From the NCBI GenBank assembly GCA_905178155.1, contig CAJINV010000006.1, forward strand, positions 2,026,230 to 2,090,229: a stretch of 64,000 nt of DNA, read 5' to 3'. The translations under genes were made by a program, and so were the position numbers. Shown here piece by piece: positions 46,601-57,900 of this stretch. Below the pieces are notes generated by a model, which saw only the letters and a program-made list of their open reading frames with translations, did no database searches and was not told where the DNA came from. The DNA is from Amoebophrya sp. A120 (Eukaryota > Protista > Dinoflagellata). Each line of letters starts with the position of its first letter. Within the stretch, counting starts at the first letter, position 1.

Positions 46601-49600
46601 ATAATGGGACGGAAGCTGCTGCCCTTGTCTTCTTGCAACACAAACGTGATTTGTGACCTCAAATCAGCAACACAAATTTTCGAAAGCCTACCTCTTCAAT
46701 ATGGGGAGGGGGGATTTTTCCTTGCGATAACCAGTCCGGGGAATAGTTTGAGCCAGCTTCGCCACAGATCAAAGAGGGCGTCAGTTTTAGGCGGGGGAAA
46801 CGTCGCCGGCCTTCTCGACGGGACAGCGTTTAATCCTTTACATTTCCCGGGTAGTGGCGGGATGAACAATCTTCTTCACGAGGGCGTGCTACTTGGGAGC
46901 GGTATTTCGACTTCGTCACAACTACAACAGCCGCATTCAACATCAGCAAGAACTTTCCTCAGCTCTGGGATAATATCGGCTGACGACCATGACAGGATGT
47001 CAATCACGAGCTCGATGTCAGCCGTTTCGTCTTCCGTTGCGGCGGGCACTGGTGCAGAAGCTGCTCAGGAATTGAAGAAAACGCTAAGCCATGATGCGGC
47101 TGCGGGGGAATTGAAAAGACGGTCGACCCACTTGATGCAGCAGCAGATGAAAAAACACAGCGGGAGAAAGGAGAGACAGTCCTTAGTGCAGGAGCACTTA
47201 GTGCGGACAAAGTCGGCACCACCAGGAGGACGAGGTGGACCACAGAGTGCTGAAAGTAAAGCTGAATCTATAGCGGCGCAAGACGTTCAAAACTACAATC
47301 ACAAAGCTGCAACCACCAGTGCCTCCTCCGATCGAAAAAACCGGTTGGTGCTGCAGTCAAGCATTTTGGTCGAGGATGATGACATCAATCAGAATCAGGA
47401 CGCGGCGGCTCAAGTATCCTGTGCAAAAGTATCATACTCGTAGTGATCGCAGCCATGCAATACAAATCTCCTTCTTAACCGAAATCCGCATTACAAATTC
47501 CATTTTTCATGCTGAGGGAATTTGTCTTGCGGTTTCTACTAGTACGATACTTTTGCAATGCATATCAAGAACAGACGCAACATTTCGCCTCCCGTACCAG
47601 CGTGCGGTCGTTTCTTGCCGCAAACTATTCTGTATGACAGTGCACAAGAATTCCTCCGCCTCCTCCTCGTTTGTATAGCATAAACGGCAATACAAGCGCC
47701 AGCGACAGTGCATGTTTTGCATGACAAATTTGCTGCATAGGATTCTAGTGCTATTTGGGCTTCCAGAACTTGTCATGCAAACACTGCTAAGCGGCACAGC
47801 CTCGATTCGGCATTTTGCATGACAAATGAGGGGAGGGGGAGTTGTGCACATTCATACTCTGAGGCACATTTCCAAATCAAGCACGACCAATATGGCGTTC
47901 TCAAACGTTACATTCTCAACTGTTACATGAATTTGTGATGCAAGAACAGCAACAAGAAAATCGTCAAGCTTGCAGCTCTCGCATCACAAATTTCGAACAG
48001 ATTTTAGTGCTGTTTAGCCCTTCCAGAATTTGTCATGCGAAGCAACCTTGGTCGTCTGGCGGCTTATGGTAATTTTGCATGACAAATCATGTAACACTTG
48101 AGAATGTAACAGTTGAGAACGCCATAACCAAGATTTCCAGCAGCTGAAGCCCTCCACGCGGGAATTTCTCAAGCGGAAACAGTTTCAAGATTACAAGAAT
48201 TTCAAGAAGTACAACGAAACTAACGACTCAAAATTGATCCTTCTGACGTTTTCCAGCTGGCCGCTGTACGACGAGCTGGCGAAGAAGTTGCGAAGAGAGA
48301 TGGAAGCGATAATAGCGCACAACGAGGATGAGAATTTGGCAAGCGCGGAGAATATCAAATGCAAAAATGACTGGGACTGGAAGGTTGCTAGGTTTGTCAT
48401 GCAGCTTTTCCATGGCCCACGCGGTCTAGCATGCACTGCCTAGCATGACAGGTTCTGTGAGATATCTACCATGCCTTTCCTGCATGAGAAACTGCTCTAA
48501 ACTTGTTCAAAAGTGGCACTCTTTTGGTAGTCATGCAACACAAATTTTTCCACGATCCAGATGTAGCGTGGCAAGTTACACCCTTCCAGACCCAGACATA
48601 TTTGCATCTCATAGAGAAGACGCGGTACTACGTGTTGGCTGTGATGCCGGACTGGAGCGACGTGATTTTTCCCGAAGAGTATGGCGTGCTCAAACGTTAC
48701 ATGATTCTCAACTGTTACATGAATTTGTCATGCAAGACTACCTAAAGCCGCCAGATAATCAAGCTGCTTCGCATGACAAATCTCCGCGAAACTAAACAAC
48801 ATTCAAATCTGTGCCAAATCTGTGATGCGACAGCAGCAAGCTTGCCCCTTTGGCTGTTGCCATTCTTGCATCGCAAATTTATGTTGTAACAGTTGAGAGT
48901 GTAACAGTTGAGAACGCCATAAAGAGTACCGGTTCCGCACCGACGCAGAATTGGCGTCCGGAGAATTTACCGCATCTCAGCACCTGTTATCGGATGAGGA
49001 ACTTTTGCAAAAAAAGGCGCATCAACAGGTGTACTTCCACTACTCCCGCGAAGAACCATTCTCCGTGCTTTTCAAATACTGCGACTTAATCATCCACCAC
49101 GGCGGGAACGGGACCCGGGCGGAAGTTGCGCAAGCGGGCAAGCCCTCGATCATTGTAAGTTTCTCCGTTGACCAACCTTTCAACGGGCGGTGTTTAATGG
49201 CGCTCGGGTGCGGACTGCACATCACAGTGAATGATTATATCAAAAACACGGCAAGTAGTTCATCATCATCTTCATCCGGCCGACCTGGAAAGAAGAAAAA
49301 TGGTTCCAAGAAGAACACGACTCCTGCTGGTGGCCCTGTTACATCAACTACAGCCGTAGTATCCCGTGTAAAAACGTCCCCACCCCAGAGTCAAGATGGG
49401 GATTCTGCAACACAAACATTGAAGTTTTGGGAGTCACGCATGACAAGTTGCAGGCTGTACTGTAGTGCAGCTTAGCAAGGGAAGCCGCATAAGAAATCCA
49501 TCTCCTTATGCTTTTAACAGCATTACAAGTTCCAAAACACAATAGGAAATGACTCTGACGGGGATGCGCATTACAAATGCTCTTGTGCTTGCAAATCAGC

Positions 49601-50360
49601 ATGACAACTCTGGGGTGGGGATGTTTTTACATAGGATACGTAGCCGACCATGATTTGTTTCTGTCCACCGCGATACCGTTGCTGTGCGACCCGGCTTTTC
49701 CAGAAAAACAAGAATTCGAGAAGAACATTATGAACTGCAAATGTGATGTCTGGGTCTGGAAGGTGGTAACTTGTCATGGTAAATCTGAAGCATACAAAAA
49801 TCTGTGTTGCATGAGTGCCAAAAGCTGGTGTCCACTTTCGACCAAGTTGGGAAGGAGTTTCTCATGGAGGATAGGGATGGCAGTAGAGACCTCGCAGAGT
49901 CTGTAATGCTAAGTCCCGCATTCCAGACCTCATGGGTCATGGAAAATCTGCATGACAAGTTTCCACTCTTCCAGTCCCAGACACCTTTGCACTTGATAAA
50001 CATTCTCCGGGTGCGAAACGAATACAACGAGGAACTGCGAAGTAGCAACGCGCGGGTATCAAATGTAAAAATGTCTGGGTCTGGGAGACTCCGAGCTTTG
50101 TCATGCAGTTTTTCCAAGCTCCCTCACGTCTGGAATGCAGGGCCTAGCATCACAGGTTCTGCAGCTCCTTGGTGATGCGTATTCTGCATGAGAAATGCAC
50201 TCTCAGCATGGCCAGAAGTGGGCACCTTTTGCACGTTTATGCATCGCAGACCTTTGTAGGATCCGAAAAACGCATCATGTGTTCGGATCCTTCTAGACCC
50301 AGACACTTTTGCATTTGATAGCGGGAAAGGGCACTCAATTTCATCCATGGAGGCGGGTAA
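31679..50360 (+). CDS. Large multi-pass membrane protein with GT1 (sterol 3-beta-glucosyltransferase-like) UDP-glycosyltransferase domain, ~40 introners
   Basis: Four hydrophobic segments in 33370-35020; N-lobe motif VVWHAAVGTRGENQPYALL (~37790); C-lobe motif PFSVLFKYCDLIIHHGGNGTRAEVAQAGKPSIIVSFSVDQPFNG (~49055-49190). Frame continuous at all junctions except those at 35447 and 40831, which are unresolved. Confidence 0.78.
32021..32286. mobile_element. Introner A
   Basis: TSD aggtc/aggtc. Confidence 0.9.
32348..32492. mobile_element. Introner B
   Basis: TSD gggct/gggct. Confidence 0.9.
32842..33071. mobile_element. Introner F
   Basis: TSD ccacg/ccacg. Confidence 0.9.
33106..33364. mobile_element. 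Introner G (tatgacctgctcaaacg subtype)
   Basis: TSD acgcc/acgcc. Confidence 0.88.
33446..33739. mobile_element. Introner D
   Basis: TSD cgtga/cgtga. Confidence 0.88.
33828..34077. mobile_element. Degenerate introner H
   Basis: TSD gttgt/gttgc. Confidence 0.8.
34298..34446. mobile_element. Introner B
   Basis: TSD ccgac/ccgac. Confidence 0.9.
34470..34740. mobile_element. Introner A
   Basis: TSD ggaac/ggaac. Confidence 0.9.
34774..34926. mobile_element. Introner B
   Basis: TSD gtgga/gtgga. Confidence 0.9.
35071..35392. mobile_element. Introner C
   Basis: TSD tgagg/tgagg. Confidence 0.9.
35447..36629. mobile_element. Long (~1.18 kb) H-related element, right tip truncated
   Basis: ~55-bp TIR aaaaagtgttgacgttacggtttt..ggaaaaaaatttt; internal aaaccgtcaac/gttgacggttt repeats; 41-bp flank duplication. 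Confidence 0.82.
36847..37112. mobile_element. Introner A
   Basis: TSD gttgc/gctgc. Confidence 0.88.
37922..38058. mobile_element. Introner B
   Basis: TSD taacg/tcaca (both encode Ile-Thr). Confidence 0.85.
38179..39240. mobile_element. Long (1062 bp) intact H-related introner
   Basis: TIR tattcaacaaaaaagcattagcgttagcgttttg / caaaacgctaacgctaatacttttttgttggata; TSD ttcgg/ttcgg; empty sites at ~40286 and ~41070. Confidence 0.92.
39690..39946. mobile_element. Introner A, absent from the paralogous copy at 41815
   Basis: TSD tcaca/tcatg; empty site tcacg. Confidence 0.9.
40320..40472. mobile_element. Introner B
   Basis: TSD atcca/atcca. Confidence 0.88.
40525..40779. mobile_element. Introner A
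   Basis: TSD tgcgc/tgcgc. Confidence 0.9.
40831..41030. mobile_element. Introner E truncated at the duplication junction
   Basis: Left TIR intact; right TIR cut after caaatgagggggag. Confidence 0.8.
41249..41511. mobile_element. Introner A, absent from copy 1
   Basis: TSD gcgga/gcgga. Confidence 0.9.
42283..42557. mobile_element. Introner A
   Basis: TSD aacat/aacat. Confidence 0.88.
42602..42860. mobile_element. Introner G
   Basis: TSD aaacg/aaacg. Confidence 0.9.
42906..43166. mobile_element. Degenerate introner F
   Basis: TSD gggtg/ggctg. Confidence 0.8.
43356..43644. mobile_element. Introner A
   Basis: TSD cttcc/ctttc. Confidence 0.85.
43917..44193. mobile_element. Introner A
   Basis: TSD ggcca/ggcca. 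Confidence 0.88.
44244..44456. mobile_element. Introner H
   Basis: TSD gtatc/gtctc. Confidence 0.88.
44507..44667. mobile_element. Introner H (short, gttaacgttaacgg subtype)
   Basis: TSD cagct/cagct. Confidence 0.9.
44831..44983. mobile_element. Introner B
   Basis: TSD agaca/agaca. Confidence 0.9.
45159..45428. mobile_element. Introner A
   Basis: TSD ttgac/ttgac. Confidence 0.9.
45508..45657. mobile_element. Introner B
   Basis: TSD gaaaa/gaaga. Confidence 0.9.
45766..46031. mobile_element. Introner A
   Basis: TSD cggac/cggat. Confidence 0.9.
46112..46323. mobile_element. Introner F
   Basis: TSD tccaa/tccaa. Confidence 0.9.
46407..46729. mobile_element. Introner C
   Basis: TSD accag/accag. 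Confidence 0.9.
47415..47564. mobile_element. Introner B
   Basis: TSD tcaag/tcaag. Confidence 0.9.
47633..47856. mobile_element. Introner E
   Basis: TSD ttctg/ctctg. Confidence 0.88.
47891..48126. mobile_element. Introner G
   Basis: TSD accaa/accaa. Confidence 0.9.
48353..48613. mobile_element. Introner A
   Basis: TSD gagaa/gagaa. Confidence 0.9.
48680..48921. mobile_element. Introner G
   Basis: TSD aagag/aagag. Confidence 0.9.
49360..49638. mobile_element. Introner D
   Basis: TSD cgtag/cgtag. Confidence 0.9.
49729..49998. mobile_element. Introner A
   Basis: TSD aacat/aacat. Confidence 0.9.
50057..50320. mobile_element. Introner A
   Basis: TSD gcggg/gcggg. Confidence 0.9.
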
Positions 50361-51911
50361 GGTTGTTGTAGGGTAGCGCGCAGAGCAGTTTGCTTGCAAT
50401 GCCTGGCAACTTTTCTTCTACTTCTTAAACCAATATGATTTTCGTGCGTGACAAGGACAAGATTAAATGCAATTGATCCATCTCTTCTATCGGCAATGCT
50501 AGTTGGTACTACTTTGACTCTCAACACTCATCATGATTCTCAGTTTGACATTACATTACTCTATGATACATGCACTGACACACATGGAAGAAGAGGCGCC
50601 GCAACGCCTAAAGAGTTAGTGCCTCGTGGCAGGGATTTGCACGACTGTGTCGGGTCTCCTCTCAAGGAGAGGCACAACTGCATGATGCCTGGTGACTTTA
50701 TTTTACTACATACATTTGATTCGCATAAAAAACAAGACGAAGAATAAAATCAGTCTTAAGTTAAATTCTACATGTTTTTTACCTCATTTCGGCACGACAC
50801 GTCCCTGTCCTTCGGGAGGTCCGGTCCATCGCATTCGGGCGTGGGTCATCTTCTACGGGTCGGTCGGCCCCTGCAAAAAACGACGGAAAACGCAGTCATC
50901 ATTTTGCCTGTAAGTTTTCTGATTGGTTTATTTCTCCCGCTCCTGATGTGTGAGCATGAGTATATCATGATGACGAGATGATTCATGTGATGAAAAAGCC
51001 ACGACCACAGATCAATTTGCCGTCATTGGCCTCTGAATTCAGTCGCTGCAACTCCGCGACTTAGTTGATCTGCGTGTTCCGTCGTCGCAGGTGTGAGTTC
51101 CGGATAGGATGAGTCAATAGTTCTGCGCCGCATGGCTGCAAGAACACTCAGGTCGTTCCTATCCTGGACGATCGGCGCTCTCCTTTTTATTGCTTCTTGT
51201 GTGCTTCTTGTTTGAGCATTGATGTCCTTTTTGTCTTGCAGTTTTTCGAGGTCTACTCATTGTGTGCCTTTAGGCTGTACAATCGTCTTCCTTCCGCCCG
51301 TTTGCAAAGGCCGATCCATGTTTGCTCTTCCGAAGATCAAGATCTTTAAACTTTTGACGTTGTGTTTTGTAATAGAGCATTTACTTAAGACAGAAATGTA
51401 AATGTATGTCATTCCAACATCAATCTTGATTGTTGCACCCGCCGCATTTTGATTTTCATTTTGGTGAGCCTGCATGGGAATAAAGTAGTTTTTAGGACGG
51501 CAAAGGCAGAATTATAATCTGCACGCATGAACAAGATGAAGCTGAAGCTCGAATGATCTTCCCGCGTTGTCTTCACATGACGATCCGGCGGAAAGAAGCA
51601 CGGCCTCTTGTTCGTTTCTGCTGGTGCTGTCCAGCTGGTCGATGTCGATCCAGCATCCAGGTGCTGCAATAAGCATGGGTATAAACCACGGGAACCAAGA
51701 TCATGACCACATGCGATCAGACTCCACAGACAAATTTCTAAAAACACCGACCACGAGCTACAACAGCTGCACATTATTGCGGCATTTAAGTAACGACGGC
51801 GACATGAGAAGAAGATGATCACGGCTTCTCCCGCGCGGAAAATTTTTCCAGCTGTTCCGTTTCTTATTTGCAGCACAAGTTAAGAGAGACCTTCTTGAAC
51901 CCGCCGTCGCC

Positions 51912-54900
51912 ATGGACCACGCCGCCGCCGGCCCGGCGGACTTTGACGAAACTTGTTCAGTCCGCACGAATGCAGATATACGGAGATGGCGGGAAGTGGA
52001 GCTGACCCGGACACCCGTCGTCGACACGACGGAGCGGATATGCAGTGTAAAAGCATCGCACTCGTAGCGATGGCAGTCATGCATTACAATTTTTTTTCGT
52101 ATAGGTAAATCCGCATGACAAACGTTGTTTCTCATGCTAAGGAAATTTGTAATGCATTCATACGAGTACGGTACTTTTGCAATGCATAGCGGACGAGCAG
52201 CAGCCAGCACAATGCAAGCAATAACGCTGGTCAACAGCTGAATTCGAACAGCAGAACGCTGTCTGCCGCAGAGCAATACCAACAGAACTTAGGTTTGCAA
52301 ACTAATTCGAGCAGTTCCTCTAGCAGCACAAGGAGAACCGGGAGCACAGGGAGCAACCATGTTGTCAACAAGAATACTACAGCAGGAGGCTCTACTGGTT
52401 CATCTGGTTCCAACACAGCTGGTGGTGCAAATCAGCAATACAGCAGCCCCAACCCGCACGACAGAGGGGGGAACAGTGGTAATCAGATGAATTATATCCA
52501 GGAAAAAAAACCCATCCCCATCCATTCACTGCATGACAAATACGTGGATTTTATGCATGTTTTGCATAACAAGATGGGGATGGGTGTTTTTTCCTGGAGA
52601 AATTCGGACCCCAAAACCGAAATTGTGAAGCCGGTGGAAAGATCGGGCGCCTTATGCAATACAAATATCCCGTACATGTACAGGATGCATCACAAACTTC
52701 ACCGATTGGGGGTGTAAATAAAGTTGCCATGCGAAACTAGGATCGAAGCCACGTTTTGTCATGCAGAGGCCGCATTTCTACGTGTGCGGGAAATTTATTG
52801 TGGATACGCCTCGGGGGTGGTTTATGGACGGTACCTGTGGCTGTATGGAGGCTACAACGGGAGTAGGGGCGGGCGGTTGGATGATCTGTTTCGGTTTGAT
52901 CTAGAGAAAAGACGGTGGCAGCGTATAATACCGAAGGGGGACAAAAAACCAATGGCAAGGGAAAACAACGGGGCGCTGGTGGTCAGGGGCAAAATGTATA
53001 TCGAAGTGTCTTGCTCTTGCTGTTTCATCTGCATGAGAATTCGAAGTCGAACTGTCATGCTGCTCCTGCATGAAAAAAAATTTAGGTTCTTCATATCCGA
53101 TCGTCTGAGACGAAAAAAGTACAATCTACTGACCCCTCAGGTACATCTTCGGCGGTTATTCAGGGTTTACCTGGCTCAACGACTTTTGGTGTTTCGACTT
53201 CAAAACCAAAATTTGGGACCGGGTAGAAGGCGGCGACATCGGCCACGTCCCGTCATTGCGATTTGGCTACGTGTCGGCACAATACAAAGACCAAACAATT
53301 TTTATCTTTGGCGGGTACGATGGGTCAACTTGGTTAAATGACATGTATGAATTCTCCTTATGCACTGCAAAAGTATCGAGTGCACGTACTTCTAGTATGA
53401 ATCGCATGACAAATTTCCTCAGCATGAGAAATTGTAATTTGTAATGCTGATTGAACTTGGCAAAAAAATCTGTAATGCGACGTAAATGCTGTATTAATAC
53501 GAGTGCGATACTTTTGCAATTAATTCTCCTTCGAGCCTAGCAAAAAGTCCTCTGCGAACATCCAGAACTCAGCGCCACCGAATATCAAGAATAAAAACCC
53601 CCCTTCCCGCCCATATCAAAACGGAAATCTGTGATGCAGATTTGTGGTCACAAATCGGCTTTGTCATGCTACAAGGGCAAAGATGCAGACACTGTAGTGC
53701 TAGGTGGCGTCGGAAGGTTTTGTATCTTGAGCATGACAGGAGGCAGCTGGAAGTGGGAGACAGCATGACAAACTCCCTGCAAACGACGCCGCAGCTGCGG
53801 CTCTTTGACTTCTGGCATGACAAGTCGGTTTGTGTGCTCAAATACAGCATCACAATTTTTTTCGTTTTCGATATAGCAGGGAGGGGGGATTTTTCCTGTT
53901 GATGCCGAATCTCCAAACCTCCGCCGCAGTCAGTGCTGCAGCGGGCGGGAGTCCGACCCTGCAGGGGAACTCCCCCACGTTAAGTTCAAACACAACGAAC
54001 CCACCACCAGTGCCGCTGCAGCCACTGAAGTATCGGGAATGGCTGAAGACTCAGCAGTATCCTGTGCAAAAGTATCGTACTCGTACTAATTGCAAATATG
54101 CATGACAAATTTCTTTCCTAAGGCGAAACAGCATTACAAATTCCACTTTCCTTCTTGCCAAAATTTGTAATGCAATTACTATACATTATATTCATGCGAA
54201 AAAAGAGGTAGACAGAGGGTCCCAGAGAGGTGGCCAAGAGGTCAAAAAGAGGTCGACAGAGGTAGAAAAGAGGTCGACAGAGGTGGAGAGGTGGCGCGGG
54301 ACCCCGTTCGAGAGGGTCCGCGAGAGGGTGCGCGAATAAGGCCCGCAGTAAGCGCCCACCCTTAGGCGCCGCCTAAGTGGCACAGAGGGTGCAGAGAGGT
54401 CAAAAAGAGGGGGCGCGAGAGGTCGACAGAGGTGGAGGAAGGTGGCGCGAATAAGGGGCGACCTCTCGCGGACCCTCTTGGCCACCTCTCGGCCACCTCT
54501 GTCGACCTCTACCCGCGAGTATAGCCGGATTATTAGCGGGGACCCCCAAAAGAGGTCAGAAAGAGGGTCTGCGAGAGGTCTGCGAGAGGCTAAAACACAA
54601 ACAAGCGGTCGCGAATCCGCATGGTGCTGCCAATATTTGCCATTGCAGGCCATTCGCGGACTTGTTTTCTTCGGCGGCTTTCCGCGCCACCCTCTCGCGC
54701 ACCCTCTCGCGCCACCCTCTCGCGCCACCCTCTCGCGCACCCTCTCGCGCCACCCTCTCGCGCACCCTCTCGCGCCACCCTCTCGCGCACCCTCTCGCGC
54801 AACCCTCTTGCGCCACCCTCCCGCGCCACCCTCTCCCGCCGGGCGGGCGGCTTCTGTTCGCCCCCGGTGTTCTTTGCGGCTGCTCCCTGCGCAGAGCGCC

Positions 54901-57900
54901 CACAGGCGCGGGAAGCGCGCAAGTGGTCCTGCGGGTTGGCGCGGCGCAAACAGGGGGCAGGAATCCAGTATGTTTCGTTGTGCATAGGCCCTTGGCGTTG
55001 TGGTCCGATCGGCAAACAGTCTTGCCCCGGCCCAGCAGCCTTGCGCTCCGGCGGCAGCCGGAGCATGGCTGGTTTATACTAGTGCGATACTTTTGCAATG
55101 CATAAGCAGGAGGGCAACATCCCCACGGGAAGGAGTTGCCCGGCATGGGCGACGCACCAGGAGTCGTTTTATCTGTTCGGGTATCAACCGCAGTTCTTAT
55201 GTCTGGGTCTGGGACGTGGCAACTTGTCATGCCAAATCGGGAGCATGCAAAAGCTTATGTTGCAGGATTACCAAAAGCTGGGCACTTTCGACCAAGTTGA
55301 CAGGGGGTTTCTCATTCAGAATTAGAATAGGCATGATAGAGGTCTCACAGAATCTGTCATGCTACGCTCGGCACTCCAGACCTCATGTGTCATGTAACAC
55401 CTGCATGACAAGTCTGCATCTTTCCAGACCCAGAGATATTTGCAATGCATCTCGGGGGCTACGACGGTGTGCATCGGTTAAACGACTTCTACCAGTTCCG
55501 CATGCCCAACCGCACCTGGACGGCGATTCGATCCTGCGGTCACGTGCCCGCCAGCCGGTACTTTCATTCCGCGGTAGTGTATGGTGACAGTTTGTTCGTG
55601 TTCGGGGGCTACAGCGGGCACGACAGGCTGAACGATTTGTACGAGTTCCGGTTTTATGCATTGCAAAAGTACTATCGTACTCGTACTAATCGCATTTCTG
55701 CATTGCAAGTTTCTTTCTCAAGTTAAATCCGCATTACAAATTTCCTTTCTCATGCGGAGGAAATTTGTGAAAATGCGACCTCTACTAGTACGATGCTTTT
55801 GCAGTGCATAGGTTCGACATTCACACGTGGTTCGCCGTGCACGCGGAAGACCCGCCCACGGGTATCCTGAGCAAAAACGTCCCCACCCCATAGTCGAGAT
55901 GCGAAATCTGCTAGACAAATCAGCCAGCTTTGGTTGTTGCGTGTGACAGCTTTGGCCTCGTATTGTCGTCCTGTTTAGCTTCTTCATCAGCGTCACAGAT
56001 CTAGCGCATCACGCACATGCTGATTGGAGCACTACAAATACCTCCAAAACACGACAAGACAATGCTTCTCATGAGGCTCCGCATGAGAAACATCCGCAGC
56101 AAACAGATTTGCATTACAACTACGGGGTCGTGGGGACGTTTTTGCATGGGATAACGGGCCGCTCCAGCTTAGTAGCCGCGGTATCCAACAACTCCCTCTA
56201 CGTGTTCGGGGGCTATAACGGATCCAGCGTGTTGAACGATTTCTACGAATTCCGGTTCGAGCCCGTCACCATTCCGCCCTCGCATTTGGTGGAAGACCTG
56301 CGGTTATGGAGTGCATCAAAAGCATCTTCGTACTAGGAGTAATTCTAATTGCATATACAAAAACAAATAATATACAAATTGGCTTTTACAAAAACAATCA
56401 AAGCTGCTGGACATGTCAAAATTAGCTATACAAACTTTGATCTGTGATGCAAGATTGCCATTTTTACTCTGAGAATAATCGGATGCTTTGCCAATCGATA
56501 GCGCTCAATCGTGAATAACCCAATCCTCGGCGACGTCACGTTTCTCGTGGAAGACATGCCGGTGTACGCAACCAGAAGTCACTTGGCGGCACGCAGCGAC
56601 CACTTTCGGGCGTTGTTTTACGGCGGTACATTTTATCTTGGGGTGTTTTTATTTCTCAGACGACGAGAAGCTCGGCTTTAAGTTTTATTTCCGTCGGATG
56701 TAACTTGCCGTTGTGGAAGTGCAGCATGATTTTCTTTTTGAAAAATCACTTGTTCCTGAGATCGTGAAAAATTGCGGCATTTGTGCGTCGCTGTCGTCGT
56801 CGTGTACAGGAAATTTACTTCTAGTGGATCATAATCAGGTATCCCACGAAAAAACTGTTTCACTGTGGTGATTTTACAAGATCTGCATCACAAGCTTGTT
56901 GCACATGACGCGGAAAATTTGCCATGCGCGCTTCCCAAGGAAAAAAACGCATGAGAATCCAATGCCTTGCATATGTAGCAACACAAACACCCTGGTGCTT
57001 CGTTCTCTGCATCACAAGTTCACAGTGAATCAGTTTTTCCTTGCGATATCAGGTATGCGAGAAACCATCCGTCCGAACGAGCCGATACCGATTCCGGATG
57101 TTAGCTACGAGGCGTTTATGAACAAGAAATGCAAAAAATGCGGCTGAGTTGTTTCAATATCTGTTTTTGCGTAGAAATTTGCCATGCAAAGACGCCTTCA
57201 AGAAGAACAAGAAGGAACATAATTTTGAGTGACTCCTCACACCACGAGGATGGAGTCCGTCGCTATAATTTTCCGTAATATGCAGTTGCAGTATGCGAGC
57301 GTGCACAACAACAAGCAACGTTGGAAAATGAATTGAGCAAGGTGCTGTACCCACATGAAGATCAAGGTGACGAATCGGAATCGTCTCGCTGTATTACACA
57401 CAGGGGCCCCCACGTCGTAACAGCAACTACACTAAAACAGATGTGGTAATTTCACCATCACTGCATGATGTTAGCATGTGCATACGGAAAGAAAAAAGTT
57501 TGTCACAGTCACTAACTTGCAGGTTTTGCATTACAAATTTTCTCAGCATCACAAACTTTCCTTGTATTGCAGAAACACTAGGGAAATCCCTATATAAAGT
57601 TTGGCTGTGATGCATTTTTACGCATGACAAACAATTTTGTATTGCAAGAATGCGCATGAGTGATCGTGACGAACTTTTTTCTTCTGATAGTGCATACTCT
57701 TCGTCACCTTGCTTGAGTACCTCTACACGGACATAATACCGGACCACCTTTTATGAACTGCAAAAGTATCGTGCTAGTAGTAATCGCTATACAAATTTCC
57801 TCAGCATTAGACACAGAATTTGTAATGCATATTTAGCATAAAAAAAGAATTTGTAATGCATGAATTCGATTAGTACGAGTACGATACTTTTGCACAGGAT

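Noticed and set aside
54192-55230. Long RERVAREG-type ORFs (similarly 16501-17443 and 19155-19712)
   Set aside because: By-products of tandem repeats in nested elements
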